A program made the translations under genes and the position numbers. DNA of 64,000 bases. Source: Octopus sinensis (Eukaryota). Below are positions 52,703 through 64,000 of the stretch, one piece after another. The notes beneath the pieces were generated by a model that was not told the origin of the DNA, ran no database searches, and saw only the letters and a list, made by a program, of their open reading frames with translations. The DNA is taken from NCBI RefSeq assembly GCF_006345805.1, contig NC_043001.1, forward strand, positions 78,120,001-78,184,000, written 5' to 3'. Positions within the stretch are counted from its first letter, which is position 1, and each line of letters starts with the position of its first letter.

Positions 52703-54682
52703 ATGGCCAATGGTCACCACGAGGCTGAGTTGCAAGTCAACCGTGACGCAGAACAAAAAAAACAGGATGCCCTGCTACCATACGCTGAACCTGACAACAA
52801 CACCACCACCACCACCACCATCAGCATCGACAACAGCAACAACTATAAAACAAAGGTCGTAAAGCCAAGCACCGTCACCACCATCAACACCGACACCACC
52901 ACCATAGCAGCTTCTGCTACGACAACTGCTTCCTCTACCAACAACAACAAAACCAAGGTCACCGACACCCTCCTTGACGACGTTGAGTACCCCACACTGC
53001 CTCTACCACAATCTCATAAAGCAGGGGAAATGGGGGGAAACAACACGAACGCTGACATCGCGACCTCCACTCACAAACTAGTAAACAACCCGATTTCACA
53101 GTTTACTACTACGACGAACGACTCTGCCACAAACATCACCACCACCACCACCACCACCACCACCTCCACAAAAAACAATTTCGCGGAAGCCATACGACCG
53201 AAAAGAAGGATCCTAAAATTTACTCACCAACAAATACAAGACACAAAGTCCTTGCTCACAAGAGAAGGCGACACAATACATTTACATATTCCACGAAACA
53301 TCATAGAAGAAACACAAAAGAAGATCATCATTTACAGAATACTCAACACCAAAACAAAAAGACCGGAAAGCCTACCTAAAGAAAAAATTGAAAAGTGCCT
53401 CTCTTCCGTGTGGAAATTCCGAAATTATGTGAAGTGGGGAAGTAAATTTGCTACCGTGCAAGTTCACTTCCATACGGAAGAACTAGCAAAAAGGTTTTCA
53501 AACCTTACTCTGCGCACAGACCAGGTAACAATGGTACCAAGCTACCTTGGGCGCAGAATTACGAAAGTCACAATAAATAATGTGCCGCCCATGGTGAATA
53601 CCCAGTGGCTGGTATCGGCCATCTGCTCCGATATAGAAGAAGCAGATATTTTAGAAACAGCGGACATTCCAGAGGAAAGCTGGACGGGTAAAAAACTCGA
53701 AATATTTCTTCAAATCTCCCAAGAAGTAATAAACTATTTACCAGCCTTTGTTCAACTGGCAAACGACCAAAAAGTGTATGTAGTGGTGGAGGGCAGGAGA
53801 CCAAGATGCTATTTATGCAACAGTGAGGCACACCTTAGATACGAGTGCCGCCCAACTGCTGTCAGAAATAGGCAACAGTAACCACTCCCCAAACCTGGAA
53901 GGAAACCCCTGCTACCCACACGTCCTTCAACCCAAAAGACAGGAAAAACAGCGGACGATACAAAAACTGTTTCCCCCTCACCAACCACATCACCAAGAAG
54001 AGAATTACCTCCGACATCGCAACCAACAAAAGAAGCAGCATCACCATCAACATCAAAAGACAAACCAACACCAGCACCAAGAACAACAACCAAAAAAACA
54101 AATATCAATGACGAAAAGACACATTCTGCCCCTAACACCCCAACAACACAAACACCACACAAAACAACAACACCTTCTACAAACACACATATAGATCCAA
54201 ACGCTTTGCCTTTACCCTCTTCTGATTCGGACACGTCGTCCAACGACGAAAGTTCGACGGAATGGCAAATAGCCACAGGGGGTAAAAGGAAAAGACCCCA
54301 AAAAAACAAAGAAAACGCAACCAAAGCAGGGAGATACCTGAACCATGAAAGCTCCATACACAACCAAACAAGCACCAACACCACAAAAACACACACAATG
54401 CTATCAGTGATAGACACAAAAGACTCCAAACTAATGGAGTACATCACAGGCTACACAAACATCTGTGAAGATGACTTCAAAACTAACAACCATCCACGCA
54501 CTACACCACCCAAACATATCAAAATACTACACATCACACAAACACAACACCACAAACTCAAAGCCCTCTTCCCAAATGCTGTAGGGGGTTTCCAAAAATA
54601 TCTGTCCCCAAAACTTTATAGAAACCTCCTCGAAGACACATCAAAAAACGAGGAAGCCAAAACTTTCGACACAAGTAAGTAA
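52703..54682 (+). pseudogene. Tx1 ORF1 (gag-like nucleic-acid-binding protein, about 659 codons) with one in-frame stop at 53879-53881
   Basis: The 52673..53881 and 54206..54682 ORFs are in the same frame and the interval between them is stop-free; CX2CX4HX4C knuckle CYLCNSEAHLRYEC. Confidence 0.85.
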
Positions 54683-54732
54683 CCCTCTGTACTTTCCTTT
54701 TTGTGTTTCAAAGCACACACCCCAATAGAATC

Positions 54733-57700
54733 ATGGTCAAGATTGGTTGTGTGAATGCGCGTGGTTTGGGGTCTCCTTGGAAACAAGGATACCTCCTAAA
54801 TGACATCAAGTCACATGATTTGGGAATCATAGCCATAAGTGAGACCAGACTCCACGAGCCACGGGCCCTAAAGTCCATGTTTGGCGGACAGTTTAACATT
54901 TATTTCGCTCCCTGTCTGCCGAGGATGGGCGGTAGTGGCACCGCGGTACTTTTTCACAAGAGCCTGGATCTCGAAGTCAAGACGATATTCGTAGACCCGG
55001 AGGGTAGACTGGTCGTTCTGGATGTCGACGGCAGCAATGGGTGCGCTTTTCGACTCGTATCAGTCTACGCACCGCCCTTAACAGGTCGGGCGGATTTCTT
55101 TCGACGTCAAGAAGTATTCTTGGGAACGTCTCGTCCTTTACTCTTAGTGGGGGATTGGAATGCTACCTTGGACACGCATGTAGACTACGTGGGTAGAGAC
55201 AGAAACAGAAGGGGATGCAAATGCCTCAGAGACCTGCTCAGACGATTCCAACTGTCTGACAGGTACCGACTCGACCACCCAAATGCACCAACGTGGACAT
55301 AGAGCAACCGCAGTGGGTCGTCGAGATCGTATCTAGATAGGATACTGTGTAGGACAGTAGACAAGGATAACTTAGGATGTCCACAATTCCACACAGTCAG
55401 CTACACGGATCACAAATTGGTGACGTGTACGCTAGACTTAGATAAGGCACATAGACAGGGTCCTGGTACTGGAAACTGAACGCATCATTCCCGTCCAGAC
55501 AAGTTTTCAGAGACCGGATTAGCACACTAGTAAAGAGGGCTTTGACGGGAGCCATCATCAACAACAAATGGTGGTTTGCCCTCAAGAGAGCAGTAAAAGC
55601 AGAAGCGATTAGGTACAGCAAAGCACTAGCCATAGATAGAAATAGAGTAGAGGGTGAGCTAGTTAAGAAGCTAGAAGAGGCAATTAGAAGCGGCATCGCA
55701 TCCGACGTTTTGGCGGCGAGGTTGGCCCTCGACCAACACGAAGGATGTGCTGTCAGAGCTAGGATGCGTGCTCTAAGGAACGAAGGTGTTGGAGCCGCGA
55801 GAGAGGCCCGGGTGGCAGAGGCGCAACAGGGCAACAAAGCCACAATTCGGTCACTGATAGATGAACAGGGGCGCGAATTGCTCGAGCCAAGTAAAATGTG
55901 TGAGGCCTTTCAGCAGCATTTTGCCCGACTGTTCGGGACGAGTGGAGGGCAAGAACGTAGGGTGGACTTCAGTGCCTACCTACATAGCCTGCCACGACTC
56001 TCGACAAGAAAGGCAGGGTGCTGCGAAGGTGCCATCACGGCGGCGGAAGTGCAGGAAGCGATAGCAGAATGCTCGAGGGACAAATCACCGGGTTTGGATG
56101 GTCTTCCCTACGAGTTTTACAATTGTATGCCAGACTTGTTTGGAGACGTCTTGGCAGCGGTTATACTGCAACTGGCAGCAAAACGGGAGCATACCCGGTT
56201 TGTGAGTCGAGGAGCTGTAACTCTGCTAAAGAAAGATCCAAACAAGGGAAACATTATAGATAACTTTAGACCAATCACGCTGCTCAATGCAGACCTGAAA
56301 ATTTTGACAAAGGTGTTAGCCAAGAGGATGGCGCTTGTCATCGAGAAGAAATGGTCGACAACGCACAACGTGCGCCGTGCCGGGCCGGAGCATCCATGAC
56401 AACCTCCATCTGATGCGCTACATCATAGACAGGGTAGTTAACGAACCTGGCATGGGTGGGGCCCTGATCAACTTGGATCAATCGAAAGCCTTTGATAGGG
56501 TATAGACCATCGATACTTGGAGGCAGTCTGAGAGCGGCTGGTTTCGGTCCCGTTCCGCGGCTGGATAGCTGCCTTGTACAGAGGCATCCGTTCGGTAATT
56601 CGCGTAAATGGACATCTATCGAGACCTTTCGACATTGCACGTTCGGTCCGTCAGGGATGCCCCCTCTCGGCGCTTCTATACGTATTGACTCTTCAGCCAC
56701 TACTGCGGAAGCTGGCGACTCTAAGGGGCATCCCGCGAGAATTGGGATGCGGGACGAGAGTGTCTGCATACGCGGACGACGTCACCGTCATAGTGTCAAG
56801 CCACGAGCACATCGAGCGGCTCGGCGAGACACTGAAAGACTACGAAGCGGTGACAGGAGCAAAAATCAACCGGGGAAAAGTCAGTGGGCTTGCGGCTCGC
56901 ACCTGGAGAAGCAAGCCATGCCGTCCACCAGTACCTCCGTCGTGGGACGCTGGACAGACGGCCGGTTGAGTTGCTCGGGGTCTGGTTCGGTCCGGACCTC
57001 CAAATGGAGAAGAACTGGAACGAGATAACGAGTAGGGTGGTCACTCTCGCCCAGCAATGGGCCGAGAGGAAACTGTCCCTAAAAGGTCGGGCGGAGGTGG
57101 TGAACGCGTACATCGCGTCCATCATCTACTACCGCCTGACCGTCGTACCTTGTCCCGACCCTACCATCACCAAACTAGAACGCATCCTCTTCCGCTTCTT
57201 GTGGAAAGGATGCGTCCCGATGGTCAGGCGATCCATTTGCTGTCAACACCCGTTAAAAGGAGGGCTGGGCATGCCGTGGTTGATGATGCGCAGACACGCG
57301 CTGAGACTGCGACATTCCCGCAACTCGTCTCCATGACCGAACTACAGTCGTGGATCAAAAAGAGGCCGAGGAAGGGCGATTGCCACCGCGAGTGTCGCGT
57401 TGCTCTCAAGCAACTCTGCCGTCCCGGGTCGACCTTGAGTGACTTCAACACAACCAAAGCATTCTATAGGGGATTAGTGGAGGGGAGGTCCGACGACGAG
57501 CTCGGGGCAAACCTGGGCGTCGACGAGGAATACCTGACCCGCCTGTTTCAAACGACTTTCGGCCCGGGACCTATGGACAACTTCCAGAGATCCCTGGCCT
57601 GGCGGTGCTACCGAGAAGCGCTACCCGTTCGGGATAAGTTCTATAGGCATGGCTCGAGAAACACGGGGCCGACGTGCCCGAGATGCGGTCAGAGCGACGA

Positions 57701-58094
57701 AACCGCTCTGCACGCAATCGTGCAGTGTCCAGCAATTTCCGACCTGTGGGCTTATGTCGAACGACTGCTGTCACGTGTGGGACGTGTCGGTTTATCAGCC
57801 GAGTCTATCGTTAATATCGTCACGCCTCCTTCCTTCAAACGGGAAGGAAGAGCTATTTTTATCATACTTATGGCTATGGCGAAAGAATGTATCTGGTGGA
57901 CGCGCCTGAAAGGATTAGAGACAAACACTTTCCTCTCTGGTCAATCTCTCATCAACTTCTTCAAGTATCACTTGAAGAGGAAAGTGAGAGTAGAGAGGCA
58001 AGTTTTGTCTAGTGAATGTTTTAAAAAAAGATGGGTGAATGTAGCAAGGATGGCACGTATGAATGACGAAGCCACCTTGACTATGATTCTATGA
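54733..58094 (+). pseudogene. Tx1 ORF2 (APE endonuclease, reverse transcriptase, zinc finger), disrupted by stops and frameshifts
   Basis: APE motifs VNARGL, ISETRL, VGDWNA, SYLDRI, TDH; RT motifs KSPGLDGLPYEFY, NFRPITLLNADLKI, LDQSKAFDRV, VRQGCPLS, YADD, KINRGK; C-terminal CPRCGQSDETALHAIVQC. Confidence 0.92.
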
Positions 58095-58458
58095 ACCATA
58101 AAAATTAATACAGAGAGTTGCTTATTTGCAAAAAAAAAAAAAAAAGAAATATAACATGTGACTTCATTGACCGAGGTTACCGTGGTCTTTTCCGTAGGCT
58201 TTTCTTTCCACGGGTAAACCTCACCTGTCCTCCCCTTTACACTTCATATTGACATTTCTGTGATAACGATCCCTATTATTCATTTTTTCTCTCCCCCCCT
58301 TTCTTTAACCCCTCCCCTTTTTTTGTCCTTTTTCTTTCCTTTTACGATCCCTTTTGATCGAAAACCACCACTCTCCTTTTTTTTACCCCCAAAAGAAAAG
58401 CTCTACCTTGTAATTTGTTCTATCTGTGTGCAGCCCTGTGTGGCTAATAAAGAAACAT

Positions 58459-58460
58459 AC

Positions 58461-58510
<50 letters not shown>
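58459..58510. repeat. (ATCT)n directly after the Tx1 3' end; a further (ATCT)n lies at 58815-58940
   Basis: Direct reading. Confidence 0.95.
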
Positions 58511-58511
<1 letters not shown>

Positions 58512-58815
58512 AGCATATATATATATAAACTTCAACGCATGGGTTCAAATTTTTTATAGTATTTTCGCATGCTGAAAACTGAAATACACACACACATGTA
58601 CAAACATTCTCTTTCTCTCTCACTCTCTCTCTCTTTCTCTCTCTCGCCCATACATGCTTTCCACTAAAACATCCATATTTATAGTCATCGTGATACAAAA
58701 ATTTGGTTGGTGTTAATGTCATTGACATTTATTACGAATGCATCCCTCAAGTCAGTGCAATTGAAAAGAATACTTATGTAGACAAGAGTCCATAACCATA
58801 CATAAAAACATGCAC

Positions 58816-58917
<102 letters not shown>

Positions 58918-59054
58918 GTCTGTCTGTCTGTCTGTCTATCTATCCGTCTATTTATTTATGCATGTATGTATGTATTATACTATCCATCCATTTATATACA
59001 TATATGTACACACACACACATATATAATAACAATAGTTTTAAGATAGGTGTTAC

Positions 59055-59264
59055 AAATATTTAATACGTCGATACGCACGTTTCCACAAAACACATGATT
59101 TCATACCACAATCCGTATCCTTGGGATGCGTACAGTATAGTCCGTAGTATCAAGCGGATAGCTACGGATACTACGGTGTACACTGTACTCATCCCAAAGA
59201 TACGGACTCTGGTGTTAAAGGCATTTGAGTTGTGGAAACACGCGTAGCGATTTATTAAATATTT
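59055..59264. repeat. 210-bp imperfect palindrome (foldback MITE or hairpin RNA)
   Basis: Arms 59055-59151 and 59167-59264 align end to end as reverse complements. Confidence 0.85.
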
Positions 59265-59575
59265 AAAAATTACATCCTAGAATTATTATCATATTTATTA
59301 TAGATTTTATCGGTATAATCATGATGCAACCCCGAAAAACTGACTCACTAGACAGTATTACTAGACGGTAGCTGATATATATATATATATATACGCATTT
59401 ATATATACATACATGTATATGTATACATTTATATATATATTCTTACCATGCAAATGTTTCCATGTTTGTGTATGTGTATGTGAATTTACAAGTATCTCTC
59501 TCCTTCTCCCTTTCTCGCTCTGACTGTCTGTTTGTCTGGCTGCATTTCTCTCTCTTTGTCTCTCTCCTTTGTCTC

Positions 59576-59612
<37 letters not shown>

Positions 59613-59643
59613 GAATATATGGAGAGAGAGAGAGATAGAGAGA

Positions 59644-59678
<35 letters not shown>

Positions 59679-60173
59679 CTGTAGATAGAGGTTGACACAT
59701 TTCTCTTGCCAGTCGGGATATATGTTAATCCCAAGGTAGGATCTTTTGATTTCTATGTGCAGGAATATTCCCCTGAAAAGACGAATGGGTCCCTTAATAG
59801 ATACTAACGTCGAAATTGCAATAGGGAATTAACCAGTTAATTTTAAGTTGTGGATTCTATTATGTCGCTCGCAGACAGCTTTTAGAGTGAAGAGCAATAA
59901 TATTAGTGATTTAAAGGACTTTATAACGGTTGTGACTGCTATTTCTCAACATGTAAGGGTTTTGAAACCCTCTTAGATATAATTATGACTTTCTCATAAT
60001 TATAAACATTCTTCCTCTCTGTATTTTATGAAAACATGTTTGGCCATTTCTATATTCATGGATAATTTTAAATGTTTCTAATATATTCTCCGTAATGTAT
60101 TTTTACATTACATTTCAACTATGTATATACATATATACATACGCATATACATACATACATATATATTTGTATG

Positions 60174-60206
<33 letters not shown>

Positions 60207-60429
60207 CAAACACATACGTCTATAGATATGCATGTGTGCTCATGTATTTATGCGTGTAATTTCTGACTGAATTTTCGTGGAATCATCAATAAAAAATTCA
60301 GTGTTATACCTAGGTATAATCTTTTTATTGGTTCCATACAACATGTTCATCACACAAAGAGCTTCTCAAATATAGAGATACACAGGCATACGATACAATT
60401 CAATGAATTTGTATACAGACTTATAATCA

Positions 60430-61028
60430 TAGAAACCAAGTGTGTTTGGAGTGGTCAGTAGTGATTTGCGACGTTATGCCTCCAGTCATCTTTCCACACG
60501 ACCTCAGACTCAACACAGATGCCTACAACTTGTGCCTGGAGGAGGAAACGCTGTTCTTGGTAAATGTAGTGGTTTCTGGGTGAGGGTAGCTCTCTGGCAA
60601 TAGTAGTCTGCACCATGCCACACAAGCATGTGGACCTAGTAATGGCTGTCAGACAATTTATGCAACCACATCACTCCTTACATCTGGCTATCTAACTCCC
60701 CAGACTGAAACCCTGTTGATTATTATGTGTGGGACGAAAGTAGTTGAGCGAAAGACCAACACAATTCCTGGTAACACACCAAAGATGAAGGCAAGGATTA
60801 TGGCAACATACACATGCTTAAATAATGAGACGGTTCAGAAGAGCTGCAGGAGAATACGAAGCCGTCTGGCGGCCGTGGCTAAAGCCAATGGCAATTTTAT
60901 TGAATAAATTTACTCTTTAGTATTTCAACATATCTTAATGTAATTTTGAAAAATACATCTTTTAAATGGGATGTCAGTTATTTTTATTTTTGCGTAGTTT
61001 ATACAACAATTTATTCACGACACAGTGT
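60430..61028 (+). mobile_element. Decayed maT (DD37D) transposon, 3' half
   Basis: VFGVVSSD..MPP..FPHDLRLNT, SAPCHTS..WLSDN..ITPYIWLSNSPD*NPVD (37 spacing), LNNETVQKSCRRIRSRLAAVAKANGNFIE*. Confidence 0.85.
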
Positions 61029-61354
61029 ATATATATATATTACATAACTATGTATCTATCTATATATATACGTATATCTGTACACGCTTTGCATATATAC
61101 ATATGCATGAATTATATGCATATATATATATATATATAATATATATTATATATATATATATATATACACACACACCTATACATTTTTATATGTATATATT
61201 ATATATCCATATGTATATGTATATATATCCATATGTATATTTTATATGTATATATATATATATTATCTATATAATATATATATATATTATATATATATAT
61301 ATAATATATATATATACATACATACATAAATACATACATACATACATACATACA

Positions 61355-61388
<34 letters not shown>

Positions 61389-62234
61389 AACACAGCAGTA
61401 ATTAGAAAACCATTGCAACGGATATACAACACGCTGTTACCTCTCGATTTTCTTGTACGCGTTGGCAGTTTCTTCTGCGAGGCAATAAGATTTTATATTC
61501 ACTTAAGAAAATAATATTGTTTCTTGTGTTATCAGTTTCACTCCAGCGAAAATATGGATGGAGACATCGATTGTTTTTACGTTGTTGAGTGGCCAATAAA
61601 TCCCTTTGATTCCCTTCCAATCCGTATTTCATTCCAAATGCTTCTTGTAGGAATAATAAAACGTGTTGTGCATGCGTGTTTACATACATACTTATATACA
61701 CGCATACATATGCATATGTATATACATTCTTACTTACATAGATTAATATGTGTGTGAGTGTGTGTATGTTTGTGTTTGGTGTATGTGGGTAACTAATATG
61801 TGTGTATTTGTATATGTTTATATATGCACATAAAAGATCTCTGGTACACAACCACACCGATACAAACATAAATATATATATATACTTATATGTGTGTGTG
61901 CATGTTGACGCCAGTACATATATATATATATACATATATGTATATACATATATATATTTATGTATTAATAGATATATACATATACTTATGTATATATATA
62001 TATATATATACATATATATATACATATGTATATACATATATATATTTATGTATAAATAGATATATACATATACTTATGTGTATATATAATATATAGATTT
62101 ACATAGGCATATGTACGTGTTGTCTTTCAAAAACACGTACATATTTGTACATATAAACCTATGTACATATATGTGTGTGTGAGCTTGTAGATGCTTGTGT
62201 GCGTCTGTATAGATACCAACACACTGACTTGAGT

Positions 62235-62301
<67 letters not shown>

Positions 62302-62920
62302 AGATATATAATACATACATGGACGAATAAATGCGTAGATGACGATAATGTAATCGTTTTCACACTTTAGCCGACACCATATTTCTTGCTACACAATAAA
62401 ATATACGCAAAAAAAAAAAACGTAAGCAATGAGAAAAATGCAACATAAAAAGCAATGATAACGTACTTAATATATAATATTGCAGTTCACGAAATTCCGC
62501 TGAATAGGTGGCAGGAATAGTTCAAAAGCTAATCCATCGCCAACTTCACAGGTCACTCTAGTGAACAGGATGAATAGACATGTGTCAAAAAGTAGCTCGC
62601 GGAACTTATATAATTTGGTGGGATCAGAAATAGTAAGACTTGGAGATAGCGATCTCATTCGTGAATTTCAGATACGTCCGTTGTCGAGGATTTCTCTTTC
62701 TCTTTCTCTTTATATCTCTCTCATTCTCTCTCTCTCTATCTCTCCCTCTCTATCTCTCTCTCTCTCTCTCTTTCTCTCTCACTCTCTGTATGCACACGCA
62801 CACACACACGTAAGTACATATACATATAAATATATGTATGTAAATATGTTAATATATATGTGTATATATATATACATATATAATAATAATATATATATAC
62901 ATATACATATATACATACAT

Positions 62921-62961
<41 letters not shown>

Positions 62962-63875
62962 CATATATATATATACATACATATATACATATATAAATAT
63001 ATATGCATATATAGATATGTACAATGATATTCATATATACTTAGGTATAAATATTTGCATAGGTATATATATGAACATATCTATTTATGTCTCTCTCTCT
63101 ATCTATCAATATATATATATATAATATATATATATTATATATATATATATATATACATATATAATAATATATATACATATATATATATATACATACTATA
63201 TATATATATATATAGTATATAATATATATATATATATATTATAATTATTATTATTATTTATATTATATTATATATACATACACACATATATATATATGGA
63301 TATTATTATATACATGTAAACATAAATAAATGCATGCACACGCATACATATGTGTGTACTATATATATAGGCACACGCACGCATCGACAGAAGGTGATAG
63401 AGAGAGGCGGAGTCAGACACAAATGATGAGACATACTGTGAGGCAAGCGAAGAGACAGAGATGGTGAGGAGAGAGCAGAGACGTAGATGAAAATACAAAA
63501 AACAAAAAAAGAAAGAAACTTAAGAAAGAAATTGAGAAAGGACAAACGACAAAATAAAAAGAAGAGTGTGATCAATAATGTTTCCGTGTTCCATGGTATG
63601 TATTCATCGATATCGTCTTTGATTCGTTGCTCTCTTTGGTAATCCGGCAACTGTATAAAGGAAACAGCACGGAAAATCCCCCGAAAGAAAAAAGGAAAAC
63701 AAAAACAAAAAATAAGGAACACATAAGAACGGCAGGGGAACCGTAAGCATGAAGAAGACAATAATAACAAAAGCGAGGATGACGACGACAGCATGACGAA
63801 GAAGAACACACAAAAATAAAATGCAGGTTGTAAGTCAGTTAGATAACATATAATACAAGGGCAGCATAACATCAG

Positions 63876-63922
<47 letters not shown>

Positions 63923-63961
63923 GTATATATATATACATACATGCATATATATATATACATG

Positions 63962-64000
<39 letters not shown>

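Larger units (their letters stand above)
52481..58456 (+). mobile_element. Near full-length (about 6 kb) L1/Tx1-clade non-LTR retrotransposon, copy C
   Basis: About 220-bp 5' UTR, ORF1 with CCHC knuckle, ORF2 with APE, RT and C-terminal Cys motif, pyrimidine-rich 3' UTR, AATAAA; no poly(A); flanked by (ATCT)n on both sides. Confidence 0.95.

Noticed and set aside
53809-54447. 212-aa antisense ORF within Tx1 ORF1
   Set aside because: Mirror of the A/C-rich sense frame, which rarely creates antisense stops; no independent coding signal
57057-57330. N-terminal part of the 345-aa ORF as a separate protein
   Set aside because: Out-of-frame overlap with the RT C-terminal region; only the part after about 57330 is true ORF2

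Overview
Eukaryotic, AT-rich, microsatellite-saturated DNA. It is most likely octopus or another coleoid cephalopod, inferred from the tRNA-derived SINE families and repeat landscape as I recall them, not from a database search. No host gene can be confidently annotated; there are only a few weak exon candidates. Most ORF-track entries are translated microsatellites. The window contains many SINEs (about five families), decayed Tc1/mariner transposons (DD34D mariner, DD37D maT, probable DD37E), a hAT MITE, a Helitron, TTAA-flanked palindromic MITEs and Penelope-like fragments (one GIY-YIG remnant and hammerhead-like motifs). The most notable structure is at 51.0-58.5 kb: three related L1/Tx1-clade retrotransposon copies in head-to-tail order. 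Two are 5'-truncated and one is near full length (about 6 kb) with gag-knuckle ORF1 and APE-RT-zinc finger ORF2. Each copy starts and ends in (ATCT)n, lacks a poly(A) tail, and two share a 3' UTR hairpin with a compensatory base-pair change. This suggests a Tx1 family that targets GATA/(ATCT)n microsatellites. Several long foldback palindromes and (TA)n-bounded inverted duplications are also present; some may be assembly artefacts. Coordinates of decayed repeats are approximate, read by eye.
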